Below, in pieces: positions 1 through 13,569 of a stretch of DNA of 64,000 nt; position 1 is the first letter of the stretch, and each line of letters opens with the position of its first letter. The translations under genes were made by a program, and so were the position numbers. Source of the stretch: Octopus sinensis (taxonomy: Eukaryota); assembly GCF_006345805.1 (NCBI RefSeq), contig NC_043010.1:7936001-8000000 (forward strand). The letters are read 5' to 3'. Under the pieces are notes generated by a model. That model saw only the letters and a list, made by a program, of their open reading frames with translations. It was not told where the DNA came from and did not search any database.

Positions 1-702
1 TATATATACGTAGACATACATATACATGTATGTATGTATGTATGTAGGTATATATATATAATATAGTTGGAGAACATTCTATAAGTGCTATATATACAAG
101 ATGAATTAAGAAATCCATACAGTACAGTTTGTGTTGAACAATTTAAATAATTTATTTCACTTTCAACAGCAAATTGTCTGTATAGCTAATATTTGGACAT
201 AGAATGTCTCAGATATAGCGTTGCTAAATCACGGAATCATCTGTATTTCTTTGGATTTAGCTCTGTAGTGAATGATTGTGACATTGTGCCAACTATGCAT
301 GGAAGAAAGAAATTCAATGGGCACCTGTATGTGTAACTTCCAATATTATATCTACAGTGTTCTACACCAAAATGTCAGCTATATACATAGATAGACAATT
401 TGTTTTGTGTGAATTAAATTGTATGATACAATACTGTATGGATTTTGTAATTCATTTTTCATATACATGTACTTATAGATACATTGTTATGCATATTCGA
501 TGACACAGCGTACACTACATAAATGAATAAATACATTGCAAGACCATATCATGAGCCAAGTTCTATGTTATTTTTGACAGGCTTTAACCACAAGGGAGAA
601 CATGTTGCTCTAACCGGCAAAAGATATCAATTCTAACCTTGTTGACTTTCAGTCAGTCCTTTGTGGTAGAATTAGAAACATCCATGCTCCCTCAGTCAAA
701 TT

Positions 703-1027
703 ATGAATATGTATGTATGTATGTATGCATGTATGTGTGTGTGTATGTGTGTATGTATGTATATGTATGTATGTGTGCGTGCGTGCGTGTGTGTGTATGT
801 ATGTATGTATGTATGTGTGTATGTATATGTATGTGTGTGTGTGTATGTATATGTCTGTGTGTGTATGTATGTATGTGTATGTATGTATGTATGTATGTAT
901 GTATGTATGTGTGTGTATGTATGTATGTATGTGTGTGTATGTATGTATGTATGTATGTATGTGCGTATGTATGTATGTATGTATGTGTGTGTATGTATGT
1001 ATGTATGTATGTATGTGTGTATGTATG

Positions 1028-1059
<32 letters not shown>

Positions 1060-1133
1060 TGTATGTATGCGTGTATGTATGTATGTATGTATGTATGTAT
1101 GTATGTATGTATGTATGTATGTATGTATGTATG

Positions 1134-1165
<32 letters not shown>

Positions 1166-1408
1166 TGTATGTATGTATGCGTGTATGTATGTATGTATGT
1201 ATGTATGTATGTATGTATGTATGTATGTATGTATGTATGTATGTATGCGTGTATGTATGTATGTGTGTATGTATGTATATGTATGTATGTGTATGTATGT
1301 ATGTATGTATGTATGTATGCGTGTATGTATGTATGTAGTATGTATGTATGTATGTATGTATGTATATGTATGTATGTGTATGTCTGTGTGTGTATGTGTG
1401 TGTGTGAG
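703..1408. repeat. Compound (TATG)n/(TG)n microsatellite
   Basis: Directly visible; explains the three MYVC-type ORFs at 639-1429. Confidence 0.97.
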
Positions 1409-2081
1409 CTGATTTCTGGAATAAATTAGCGGATGATGTAAAGTTGGTAATTAATGTTGAAATTACATAACACCCAGCAGAGTATATGAATTAATTAATA
1501 CTTTATAAGAATATATTTCCAGCCTTTTACACTAATTGTCTCATACACTAATTGCTTCATCTATTAATTCCCAAATCTACACCAGCGGATGAATTTTTTT
1601 TTGTCCTAGTATTGAAAACATGCACTCACATGCACATGCACTCACATGCACAAAATGCATGCAACACTCATCCACACGAGTACATACAATTGTGCACATC
1701 TACATATGCAGATACACACACACTTGTGCATACACAAATACACATGTCCACATCCACATACAATACACAAGAACACAGACACACACATACACATACACTC
1801 ATACACATGCCTTGTAATGATCCTTTATAAAAATCTAACAATGAGACTGAATTCCCTCCAGATTTTTTGCTAAGCTTTCATATCCACACAACACCCTTAC
1901 ATCGCACTCCTCTGTATATATGCAATCAAATCACTTATGCCGTGTACAATTATAACAAAGAAACACATAAAAGACAACATACTAAAAATCATTGGTGACA
2001 TTCACTCTTTACATTTCTTTCACTCCACACATTGCCTGAAAAAACAGTTATTTCTGTTGTTGTTGTTGCTGCTGCTGCTTG

Positions 2082-2433
2082 TTTATTTGTTTAGTGCAGC
2101 GGTCTTCATTCCAGAGTCAGAGAAGTCCGAAACGTGGTCCTTTGCTATTGGTAAGACCTGCAGAGGAGAAAGCAGGTCAACCCCCGACACCGAGAGCATT
2201 GACAGATGGATGAATGCACATCCAGGCTCAGCAGTTGCATAGGAAGTCGGGGACAAGAAACAGGAAGAAAGAGTGAGAGAGTACAACAGGGGTCACCACC
2301 ACCTCCTGCCGGAGCCTTGTGGAGCTTTAGGTGTTTACGCTCAATAAACACACACAACACCCGGTTTGGGAATCGAAACCGCGATTATCCAACCGCGAGT
2401 CCACTGCCCTAACCACTGGGCCATTGCACCTCC
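2082..2433 (-). mobile_element. tRNA-headed SINE, family D, body variant D1
   Basis: Minus strand begins GGAGGTGCAATGGCCCAGTGGTTAGGGCAG (A box) then GGTTTCGATTCCC (B box). Head shared with 16760-17144 and 23320-23622. Sits in a (GCT/GTT)n tract. Confidence 0.8.
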
Positions 2434-2544
2434 TGCTGCTGCTGCTACTGTTGTCTTCTTCTTCTTCTTCCAATCAGGACTCACGCCATTAGCCACAAAG
2501 AATAATCTCTAATTTGAGCCTACTCTAAGCTACTAAGCTCCTCA

Positions 2545-2657
2545 TGGAGCTTAAGGTGTTTTTGCTCAATAAACACTCACAATGCCCAGTCTGGGAATCG
2601 AAACTACATTCTCACGACCACGAGTCTGCTGCCCTAACCACTGGGCCATTGTGCCTC
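2545..2657 (-). mobile_element. Family D SINE head fragment
   Basis: Repeats gccctaaccactgggccattg and ctcaataaacac of 2340-2430. Confidence 0.75.
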
Positions 2658-2825
2658 TACTGCTACTGTTGTTGCTGTAGTTTAGTCTTAGGACAGCCAC
2701 ATCCTCACTGCCCATGCAGATTTTTGATCAAAACCATTCCAGTCAAGACTATGCAGTGATGCTGTATGTCAAGGACAGCGCTGTCCAATGCATCTTTTAT
2801 CTAAAGACAATACAATGTGATTTGA

Positions 2826-3025
2826 TGCACGCCAGGCAAAATGCTTAGAATTATTCTATCTGCCTTCATGTGTTAAGTTAAAATTTTGCTGAGGCTGACT
2901 TTACCTTTTACCATTTCGTGCTCAATAAATTGAATACCAGTTAAGTATTGGGGCTGATCTAATCTACTACTTACCTCAGCCTCAAATTTATTGGGCCTTG
3001 TACCAAAATTTCAAATCAATATAAT
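2826..3025 (+). mobile_element. Degenerate family B SINE (B2-type tail)
   Basis: Diverged match to the core gactttgcctttcatcc...aataaattaagtaccagt and to the ggccttgtgccaaaattt tail. Confidence 0.55.
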
Positions 3026-3284
3026 GTGATTTAAGGAAAATTTAGTTGCTATTTCTACAAGGTTGACAAACCTTATAGAGGCTCCCTTGTTGGTACATGA
3101 TATCATAGTTATCAATGAATAGTGAATAGAGCTACCTCGATGATCATTCCTCTTGATATTCAATGCCAATTTCTATTCGTCTTTATATCCTTGCCGAAGA
3201 GACTGAAAGGCCACGTCATCCATTTTTAACATTTAACATAAAAATTTGCAGCCCTATTAATAATTATTATTTCTGCCCATTAAG

Positions 3285-3475
3285 ACAGCAAACTGGCGGA
3301 ATTATTAGCACACCAGGTAAAATGTTTGGTGTCATATCATCTGCCTTTACATTCTGAGTTCAAATTCTGCTGAGATCGACTTTGCCTTTCATCCATTCAG
3401 GGTCAATAAATTAAGTACAAGTTGAGGCCTCTTTCTCAAAAAAAGCTCATTTTGTACCAAAATTTGAACCCAAAA
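3285..3475 (+). mobile_element. Degenerate family B SINE
   Basis: ctggcggaattattagcacaccagg head, gagttcaaattc B box, gactttgcctttcatcc core. Confidence 0.65.
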
Positions 3476-3847
3476 ATAGTTTAGACATATTTAGCAAAAT
3501 ATTTAATTTACCTATTATTAAACTTGTTTTTGGAAAATAACTAACCAAAAGATTCATGTATATACTTGTGATAGAAGATTTTAATCTAAATTTTGAAAAA
3601 TTAAAAGCATTTTGTAATTTTACCTCATAGAAAGAGATGAGTTCATAGATGGGTTGGTATCAAAAAGATTGAGACATTTCCATTCCTTAAGATAAAATGC
3701 TGTTAAAAAGTATGTGGAATTTCAGTTGTGTGTGTTTCTACATATGTATTCATTATCATCATCATGATCATCATCATCATCATCATTATCATCGTCATTG
3801 TCATCATCATTATCATCATCATTATCATCATCATCATCATTGTCCCC

Positions 3848-4047
3848 CTGGCACCTGTGCAGGTGGCACGTAGAAAGCACCCACAATAATCGCGGAGTGG
3901 TTGGCGTTAGGAAGGGCATCCAGCTGTAGAAACTCTGCCAGATCAGACTGGAGCCTGGTGCAGCCCCTGGCTTCCCAGACCCCGGTCGGACCGTCCAACC
4001 CGTGCTAGTGCGGAAAACGGACGTTAAACGATGATGATGATGATGAT
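3848..4047 (+). mobile_element. Family C short retroposon with (GAT)n tail
   Basis: gagtggttggcgttaggaagggcatccagctgtagaaac...ggacgttaaacgatgatgat recurs at 6850, 19035, 34636, 39180-39860 and 48759. Confidence 0.8.
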
Positions 4048-4842
4048 CATCATCATCATCATCATTATCATCATCATCATCATCATTATCCTCATCATCG
4101 TCACTGTCATGATCATCATCATCATTATCATCATCATCATCATCGTCATCATCATCATCATCTTATTTTTAATGTTCACATTTCTGAACTTACATGGCTC
4201 AGATGGAATTCATGGAATCAGAATTTTCTACGGAAGGATGGCATCCTTCCCTGGTACCATCCTTCACGTGTGTCTTAGTAAGATAATATTTCTTTATGGC
4301 CAGACATGATTGCATAGCAAAATCAGAAACAAAGAGCACCGTTCGTATGACTGTGATAATCTTTTGTTTCTATTATGTATTGTCAAGTTGTGTATTATTA
4401 GTTGGTTTAAAAAGGGACAAAATTAAGATAATCATCCTATAGTTATGATTTACATCAACATAATAAATATATGCAGCACAATAAATACATCAAGACAAGG
4501 AACATATCAATATATTATTTAGAATAGAAAATAAGAAATACGTAAGGTAAAAATATATGTGGAAAGGATAAAGAAAGAGTGATAAATTGATTAAATATCA
4601 GAAAATTAAAAATGTCGAATTCAGAATGAAAAATTAAAAATTATAAGATACATCGACGGCAGTGAGAGATCTTAATGATTCCATGCGACTGGAATATAAA
4701 TCTGTTTTTATTTTAGTAAGTACATATATTTTCCTTTATTTTTGTTTTGTGGACAATAGTGAGTTCAAAGACCCAACCTTTGTGCTTTACTATTTAAGGT
4801 CCTGATTCACCTGAATCCTGAACTTATATATATATATATATA

Positions 4843-5022
4843 GGCGCAGGAGTGGCTGTGTGGTAAGTAGCTTGTTTACCAACCACATGGTTCCGGGTTC
4901 AGTCCCACTGCGTGGCACCTTGGGCAAGTGTCTTCTACTATAGCCTCGGGCCGACCAAAGCCTTGTGAGTGGATTTGGTAGACGGAAACTGAGAGAAGCC
5001 CGTCGTATATATATATATATAT

Positions 5023-5080
<58 letters not shown>

Positions 5081-5288
5081 TGTGTCTGTGTTTTTCCCTC
5101 TAGCATTGCTTGACAACCGATGCTGGTGTGTTTATGTCCCCGTTACTTAGCGGTTCGGCAAAAGAAACCAATAGAATAAGTACTGGGCTTACAAAAGAAT
5201 AAGTCCTGGGGTCGAGATGCTCGATTAAAGGCGGTGCTCCAGCATGGCCGCAGTCAAATGACTGAAACAAGTAAAAGAGTAAAAGAGT
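4843..5288 (+). mobile_element. Family A SINE (tRNA head, CORE-like ccttgggcaagt, internal (TA)n(TG)n, (AAAGAGT)n tail)
   Basis: Near-identical to many other copies in the window; A box TGGCTGTGTGG, B box GGTTCAGTCCC; flanked by (TA)n. Confidence 0.9.
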
Positions 5289-6351
5289 AATATATATATA
5301 TATAGTCCAACCCATGCTAGCATGGAGAACGGACGTTAAACGACGATGATGATATATATATATACATACAATTGGTACTTGTCTTGGGCAACAAGAACCA
5401 CAAGCCCAGTAGTTATGATACAGGATTTGTAGGGAGTAACTTTCTTTTAAATGAGAAACTAAAGAGCTGAAGGGCTTCATCTGCTTATAAACTAACTGCA
5501 TTGGTAGTGAAGCTCTGATTCAGGGGTTCCAGGCTTTTGAAGAATGTGGTATCGACTTTTAGCTATTGGTGTTTCCAAGTCTACTCTGAACCAAAATGGT
5601 ACCATCTGTCAGGGTCTCAGCTATGAATTAATTCGCATGTCATAGGACTGTCTCTGAAAGAAGGTCATTTATACACACATACACACGCATGCATGCATGT
5701 ATGCACATATGCACACACATACACAGACACACACACACATGTGCACACACACATACACACACACATATATGTATGTAATGATGATATATATATAAGAAGA
5801 ATGGAAATAAAAACATTTTGGTTTGTTTGTCCTCTGTCAATTGAAAAATGAGATGTAAGCAGGAAAGAGAGAACACCACAGAAGAGAAAAAAGAAATGTC
5901 TTGTGAAACTAAATTCATGTGAAGTTTGTTGAAGTGACATACAAAGACAGGAATAACGAAATGGATGTATATAAGGGGAAAATAGTTTTCTTCTAGCTAA
6001 GAGAGCACATTCATCACGTCTATGTTACCAAGCCACTATCTCTTTAATTCTCATTTCCCCCCTGGACGGACACTACCACTTTTGTTTACTATGGATGTCA
6101 TGTAGATTTGGTAGATAGAAACTGAAGCCTGTTGTATATATATATATATCTATGATTATGCTTGTATATGTGTATTTGTGCATGTGTGTATGTATGTGTA
6201 TATATAAACACACAGATACACACACACATATATATGTGTATATATGCATATGTATATATGTATATGCATGTATATATATGTATATATATGTGTGTGTGTG
6301 TGTGTTTATATGTATATGTATATGCATACACCCATAAATACATACATGAGA

Positions 6352-6386
<35 letters not shown>

Positions 6387-6389
<3 letters not shown>

Positions 6390-6849
6390 GGGTTGGACAA
6401 AATAATGGCAACACCTTTAAATTTCAAACAGATTTATTTTAATATGGGTTAGGACCGCCTTTGGCAGTAATTACAGCTTGAATTCTATGAGGTATGGACT
6501 CATACAAAGTTTGAATTGTTTCCAAAGGAATTTTTATCAATTCTTCAGCTAAAACAGTCTCCTGTTCTTGTAGTGATGATGGTGGAGGATATCAACTCCT
6601 TACTTTTTTTTCTAAAATGCACCATAAATGTTCAATAATATTCAGATCTGGGCACTGTGGTGGCCAGATAAGATGTTCAACTTCACTAGAATATTCCTCA
6701 TGCCTTTTAGTAACAACTTCAGCTGTTTGAATTGGTGCATTATCATCCTCAAAGATTAAGTTTCCCTCCAGAAACAGTTGCACAGCCATAGGCTGAATTT
6801 GATCAGATAAAATGCTTAAATAGTCTTGACTATTAATTCTGCCATGAAG
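6387..6849 (-). mobile_element. Tc1-family transposon relic (transposase C-terminus plus 3' terminus)
   Basis: Minus-strand translation FEDDNAPI...WPPQCPDLNIIEHLW...SIPHRIQAVITAKGGPNPY* matches the DD34E Tc1 C-terminus. Terminus TA|CAGGGGTTGGACAAAATAATGG abuts (TA)n. In-frame stop present. Confidence 0.88.
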
Positions 6850-7020
6850 GGTGACACGTACAAAGCACCCACTATACTCTCAGAGTGGTTGGCGTTAGGA
6901 AGGGCATCTGTCTGTAGAAACCTTGCCAAATCAGATTGGAGCCAGCTTGCCAGTTCTCAGTCAAATTGTTCAACCCATGGAAAGCGGATGTTAAATGATG
7001 ACAACAATAGTGATGATGAT
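6850..7020 (+). mobile_element. Family C copy abutting the truncated Tc1
   Basis: gagtggttggcgttaggaagggcatc...gttaaatgatgac tail. Confidence 0.75.
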
Positions 7021-7035
7021 AGCTAGCTAGCTAGC

Positions 7036-7105
<70 letters not shown>
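7021..7105. repeat. (AGCT)n then (GATA)n microsatellite
   Basis: Directly visible. Confidence 0.95.
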
Positions 7106-7106
<1 letters not shown>

Positions 7107-7220
7107 TTACATCTATACATACATACATGCATATTTATACACACATACATATATGCATACATATGTATATTCAAGCATAAAGACATACATTTTTATGTAT
7201 ATAAATATGTGTGTTTGTAC

Positions 7221-7264
<44 letters not shown>

Positions 7265-7600
7265 TAAACTGTGAGAGAGGGGGAGTGAGAGAGAGAGAGA
7301 GAGTGTGTCTGTGTAAGGAGGAAAAAGAAAGAAAGGGAGAAGCACGAATAGCACAGCAGTAAATTTCTAAAGCCTGACATGAAATGGATCAACTGAAAAT
7401 TGATGTACATTATAAAACTTAGGAAAATGACAGAGGAGATTTAGCAAATAGAAAAACCGGGAAACTGTAGGACAATGAATTGATATGATGAAGTGGATCT
7501 TATCAGGAATGCGTATTCTTTACCTGACTCTATCATAAATAAGAGAGAAAAGACCAAGGTATGAAGCAAATGAAGAAACAATATTTTCTTTGAGAAATAT

Positions 7601-7679
<79 letters not shown>

Positions 7680-8514
7680 GTATTTAAAGAAGAAACATGA
7701 AATTAGCTTATTTTAATATATTTTATTTCAAATTTCTCAAGCAGTTATGAGATGTTTAACTACTTGCAGGATGTTATACATTTAATATATTCAAATATAA
7801 GACAACTCCATATAATTTTTTAAAAAATAAATTGGCAGGAGTGCAATGTCATTATATAAAAATTTTTATTATATTCAAAAGAATATTTACACATAGTTAT
7901 ATAAAAATCATATTTTCTATAAAATAAGATATAAAATGAAGGGACAATTTTCAAAACAGAATTGATAAAAGAAAAATTAATAAATAAACATATCACTTCA
8001 TATTCAAGCATAAATCGTATTTTCATGGTGCCAAATTGACATTTTCAACGACATTGTAATCTGCCATCAAGCTATATTCAAGAGGCAAATATATGTAGCA
8101 TTATCTGACTTGTATTATACTAAGTGTATGCTTTAATGAGTGGTTTATGAAAAAGATGGAAGTGATGGTGGTGGTTGTGGAGGTGAGAAATGGAATGATA
8201 GTCAAAAATTAAAAAAGATATACTACCTTATTTAATTGTTTTTCTTTGATGTTATACTTCCCTTATTTAGTTGTTTTTCTTTGATATTGATAATAAACAT
8301 TAGAAACAACTCCAGTAAAAGATGACATTTTTTTGTAAGCAGTTTTTATATGACAGTAGAGCTGACGTACAACTGACATATAGAGCTAGATAATGTGTTA
8401 GTAGACTTGATACTTAGAGCTCACTAATGTATCAATTAAATTGACCCACAGAACTAATATATCAGAGCAGTAGAGTTGATGTATAGTTAATATGTGACAG
8501 TTGAATTGACATAC

Positions 8515-9262
8515 AGAGCAAGCTAACATATCAATAGAACTGACATATAGAGCAAGCTAACATATCAATAGAACTGACATATAGAGCAAGCTAACATATC
8601 AATAGAACTGACATATAGAGCAAGCTAACATATCAATAGAACTGACATATAGAGCAAGCTAACGTATCAATAGAACTGACATATAGAGCAAGCTAACATA
8701 TCAATAGAACTGACATATAGAGCAAGCTAACATATCAATAGAACTGACATATAGATCAAGCTAACATATCAATAGAACTGACATATAGATCAAGCTAACA
8801 TATCAATAGAACTGACATATAGAGCAAGCTAACATATCAATAGAACTGACATATAGAGCAAGCTAACATATCAATGGAACAGACATATAGAGCAAGCTAA
8901 CATATCAATAGAACTGACATATAGAGCAAGCTAACATATCAATAGAACTGACATATAGAGCAAGCTAACATATCAATAGAACTGACATATAGAGCAAGCT
9001 AACATATCAATAGAACTGACATATAGAGCAAGCTAACATATCAATAGAACTGACATACAGAGCAAGCTAACGTATCAATAGAACTGACATATAGAGCAAG
9101 CTAACGTATCAATAGAACTGACATATAGAGCAAGCTAACATATCAATAGAACTGACATATAGAGCAAGCTAACATATCAATAGAACTGACAAATAGAGCA
9201 AGCTAACATATCAATAGAACTGACATATAGAGCAAGCTAACATATCAATAGAACTGACATAT
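8515..9262. repeat. 34-bp minisatellite, 22 units (AGAGCAAGCTAACATATCAATAGAACTGACATAT)
   Basis: Exact 34-bp period from 8515; unit 23 begins at 9263. Few substitutions; degenerate flanks. Confidence 0.97.
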
Positions 9263-10539
9263 AGAGCAAGCTGGTGTATCCATAGAACTAACATATAGAT
9301 TTAGATAATGTAACAATAGAACTGATCCATAGAACTGCAGGGTTGACAAACAGAATTAATATATAACTGTAGAAGAACATAGAGAACTAGTAAACATATC
9401 AGCAAGGGTGACATATAAAGTTAGATAATGTATAAGTAGAAATGACATATGGAGCTTATATGTCAGAAGAATTAATGTATATAGCTAATATGCTAGTAAA
9501 AAAGACAATAGACTTAGAAAATATGCTAAATAGAAGTGACTTTACACGATATATTAGTATATCTGACATAATACGTTAGCTTGCATATTGGTAGAACTAT
9601 ATACACATGTTGAGCTAGCTAAGAAGTCTATCAGTATTACAGACATAGTTAGACAATATGTTAGTTTTTAATTTATTTTTATTAACATAGTCATTTTGTT
9701 GAAGACTAGGAGATTAGGTTTGTACATTTTAAACTTGTTATCGTTCACTTGTGCCATATTTCTGGTAATAACACTTGATAATTCTTCATCAGGACACACT
9801 TTATCGATAGTTAGACCAAGTAAAGTGTGACATGAATGAGATTTTTGGCTGATACTTCTAGCATATCAAATGGCCGCAAAAGTATTCTCTCATTAGCTTT
9901 ACATATAAATGTAATTTAATCTACATAAGGTAAACAAATTGGCAGAATTATCAGTAGTGGTTAGGATGGCTTATAATATTTGCTCCAGACTCCTGTATTC
10001 TCAGTTCAAATCCTGATAAAGTCAACTTAGCTTTTCATTCTTTCAGGGTCAATAAATAAAGTACCAGTCCTCTACTAGAGTCAGTTCTCTCTCTTATTCT
10101 CTCTTTGGAATACAATTATAATTCAAGAGATCAGTTTCATTTTGATTCAGCCTAAGAATTGCATTAAGGGTACACATGCCTGTGGAATACTCAGCCATAA
10201 AATGCATTGATTTCATGAGTATCAGTACAGTTGATAAGACAACAAAACATTTCTTATCAAATCAAGTGATATCCATTTATCAAAGAAAGTGTTTTATGTT
10301 ACAAAGCTTATAACTTCCATTGAAATTAATCCATGTGGTTGATTATTTACGGAAAATTCTAATATAGATATTTTAAATCCGAGTTTATATAAATGAAATG
10401 TTTTTGTCTGTTTGTGTGTGTGTATAAGACTATTTATACAGCTGGACAGTATTCCTGCTGTTAATCATTAAATCATAAATAAGGTATAGTGGAGCCTAGA
10501 TTTCCACATTCTTAGAGAAACTGGAGCAAACAGAGTGAG

Positions 10540-10825
10540 ATGCTATGCCAGCAGAGTGTAAGATCCCGATAGGGCATCCCATGCTGAACAGGTCCCAGAA
10601 CAGAAGCCAGACTAAAATGTACAGCCTGCTTCCAGAGGTAAAAATGTGTTTGCATAGGGGCCAAGACCCCAACCTAGAAAAAGCAAAATTACAGAAGCAT
10701 CAATGACAGTTCAAAACCAACATGATGTGGGAGAGGACAGCTCAGAACCGAACCAAGAACAGTGAAGAAAAGTCGTCAAAGGCCTATTCTCTGTAGGGAG
10801 TAAAGGGCTTAATTAAGTAAAGTAA
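10540..10825 (+). mobile_element. RTE-clade LINE 3' relic
   Basis: ...gaggacagctcagaaccgaacc...gtcgtcaaaggcctattctctgtagggagtaaagggcttaattaagtaaagtaa resembles RTE ends (AQ-R--WR-VV-GL-S-GS followed by a (TAAG)n-like tail). Recalled similarity only. Confidence 0.5.
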
Positions 10826-12587
10826 TGTAGTTGCTTTGTTAAGTGGTTCATTAGCCAATTCGTGCATGCTGTTTCAAGATGCATTAGATTTATTGAACTA
10901 AGGTTTGTTTAATTGTACAGAAATTATGAAACCATCCTCAAGGCTGGAAAAGGTTAAAGCTTCCATGTATGTTTTCTTTTATATACGTTTATTGACTTCT
11001 GTCGTTGGACATTTGCCATACTGGAGCATCACTTCAAATACTTTATGCAAATTTTTTAATGCTGAAGTAATTAAATTTTCATCATTTGTTTAGCATTTTT
11101 CAGTTTTAAGACAAAATATCAGAGTTTATAATCATTCACACAGATTTTTTATTTTTTATTTTTGGCTTTTATGTGTTTATAGAAAATGCTACTAACCTGT
11201 GGTTTATTTGGTATTACATATTCCTTCCTCCTTCCCTCAAGTGTGTATATAAGTATGTGCATACGTATATGTATGTGCATTTATGTGACTTTACTGTATT
11301 GTGTTTGTATTTGTGATTGCATATGTATCTGCATGTGTGTGTGTTTGTGTGAGTAATTTTGCACATGTGGTTTTAAGAGTGGCATTTTAGCAGTGTTTGG
11401 AGCACAGAGATATGCATGCAGTTTGGTGCACTCCTTGAAAAGGTGGTGCTGTAGGAGAAGATTAATTTGGTATGTTGGAGGGAAACACAGATTACTTAAG
11501 TAGAAGTCCAACTAGCTAGTTTGGAAGAACTAATTGTTTTACAGGACAGAAATGGAAGTTTAGGACAAGTCAGAGGTTTAGGACAAGTCAGAAGTTTAGA
11601 CAATGGTAGAGATGTGACAGACAGTAATGATCAGTCAAATGATATGAATTTTTTCTTGATTTTTGTTTTCCGTTTTTTTTTAATCTAGAATCGGTGATGT
11701 TGGTGTCAGGAAGATGCACTTTTCTAAAGAAACTGTTCATAGTAAAATTGTTTATTTAAAAAAAATGTTATTTTAAAAATTAATGTAATCCTTCTTGAAT
11801 GAATGTTAACCACACTGAGAAGTTTCTTGGGGATGGTTAGTCCAGCATTTAAAGCATGGTAGTGTCCTCTATCTGGGAAGTGATCCTAAGATAATGAAGT
11901 CTGCAGCAGACATTTTTTTTCTTTTGAGTTTGCATTTTCAAGTTGTTAACTACACTTTGATAGACAGGTGGGATCTATCTAGTAGGGATGATATGAAAAA
12001 GATAAAGAGCATTGAATGTTAGTTTTCACAGAAACCAAAAAAATGAAATTGGATGAAACAGAAACCAAATTATTTATACAAAGAAGAGAAATAATGAGAG
12101 AAAAAAAAAAGAGATAGGAGAGCTATGATGGATGTTAGGGTTGATAGATGGTAATCAAAAATGCATCATCAACACAGGGGCTGAAATGAAGTGTTCTGCG
12201 AAAAATCTCTTTATCTAAATGATATATGAACAGTATTATATATAAAATGATACACGGGGAACACAAAATTATTGAGAATAAATCTAAATGTGATTCATAG
12301 GTAATAATATATATCAAATGTTACATGGTTAGTAATATATATATATATATATTATAAGATACATGAACACCATAAAAATATAGACAGACTATCTAAAAAT
12401 TTTGAAAGCATCTAAAGGGACTTCAAACCATTTTGTTTTTGTCAGAGAATATAAAGCTACAGTAGAATATCTGTGACAACCATACTATTGGGCAATGAAG
12501 AATGGAACATATTCTTACTCATTTTGAGATATTGGTCTATGATGACTTTTATAATGTTTGAAGGAAATACATATAAGTGCATATATA

Positions 12588-12994
12588 GGCGCAGGAGTGG
12601 CTGCGTGGTAAGTAGCTTGCTAACCAACCACATGGTTCCGGGTTCAGTCCCACTGCGCGGCATCTTGGGCAAGTATCTTCTGCTATAGCCCCGGGCTGAC
12701 CAATACCTTGTGAGTGGATTTGGTAGATGGAAACTGAAAGAAGCCTGTTGTATATATGTATATATATATATATGTATGTGTGTGTTTGTGTGTCTGTTTT
12801 TGTCCCCCTAGCATTGCTTGACAACCGATGCTGGTGTGTTTACGTCCCCGTCACTTAGCGGTTTGGCAAAAGAGACCGATAGAATGAGTACTGGGCTCAC
12901 AAAGAATAAGTCCCGGGGTCGATTTGCTCGACTAAAGGTGGTGCTCCAGCATGGCCGCAGTCAAATGACTGAAACAATTAAAAGAGTAAAGAGT
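12588..12994 (+). mobile_element. Family A SINE
   Basis: Full head-to-tail match to 4843-5288. Confidence 0.9.
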
Positions 12995-13185
12995 ATAAAG
13001 ATTGTCAGTGTGTCACACTTGATTTAAAGATTGTCTTTACTTGTTTCCAAATTTGAGAAAATATGGCGGTAGCAGATAAGAAATGACTCAGTTATGTCTG
13101 AGACATTTACACATGATGAATGAGAATGAAATGAGTGAAATAGTTAGAGAAGAGTGTGTAAATATTGATATAATCTAGAACTATA

Positions 13186-13569
13186 GGCGTAGGAGTGGCT
13201 GTGTGGTAAGTTGCTTGTTTAGCAACCACATAGTTCCAGGTTCAGTCCCCTTGCGTGGCACCTTGGGCAAGTGTCTTCTACTATAGCCTCGCGTCGACTA
13301 AAGCCTTGTGAGTGGATTTGGTAGACGGAAACTGAAAGAAGCCCGTCGTATATATGTGTATATATATGTGTGTGTGTATGTTTGTGTGTCTGTATTTGTT
13401 CCCCCAACATCGCTTGACAACAGATGCTGGTGTGTTTACATCGTCGTAACCTAGCGGTTCAGCAAAAGAGACCGATAGAATAAGTACTAGGGTTGATTTT
13501 CTCGACTAAAAGCGGTGCTCCAGCATAGCCACAGTCAAATGACTGAAAGAAGTAAAAGAATAAAAGAGT
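13186..13569 (+). mobile_element. Family A SINE
   Basis: Full match, with a short deletion in the tail. Confidence 0.88.

Noticed and set aside
639-1429. Long MYVC/IY/HT-repeat ORFs here and at 15.6k, 40-42k, 55.5k and 62k
   Set aside because: Stop-free translations of (TATG)n/(TA)n/(CA)n microsatellites.
4843-4920. tRNA genes at SINE heads (families A, B, D)
   Set aside because: A/B boxes are present but there is no complete cloverleaf; each runs into a repeated SINE body.
4790-5116. Recurrent ORFs such as MSSNARG..., MPRSGTEPGTMWLV..., MKGKVDLGG...
   Set aside because: Translations of SINE A/B copies, not a gene family.
8515-9262. CRISPR-like array
   Set aside because: Units are contiguous with no unique spacers, there are no cas genes, and the context is eukaryotic.
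11555-11600. 18-bp tandem gtttaggacaagtcagag in a short open frame
   Set aside because: Only about 2.4 copies, no downstream donor, no homology.
11800-11990. Possible CR1/L2 RT fragment (DPKIMKS...WDLSSRDDMKKIKSI)
   Set aside because: Too degenerate to call without a search.
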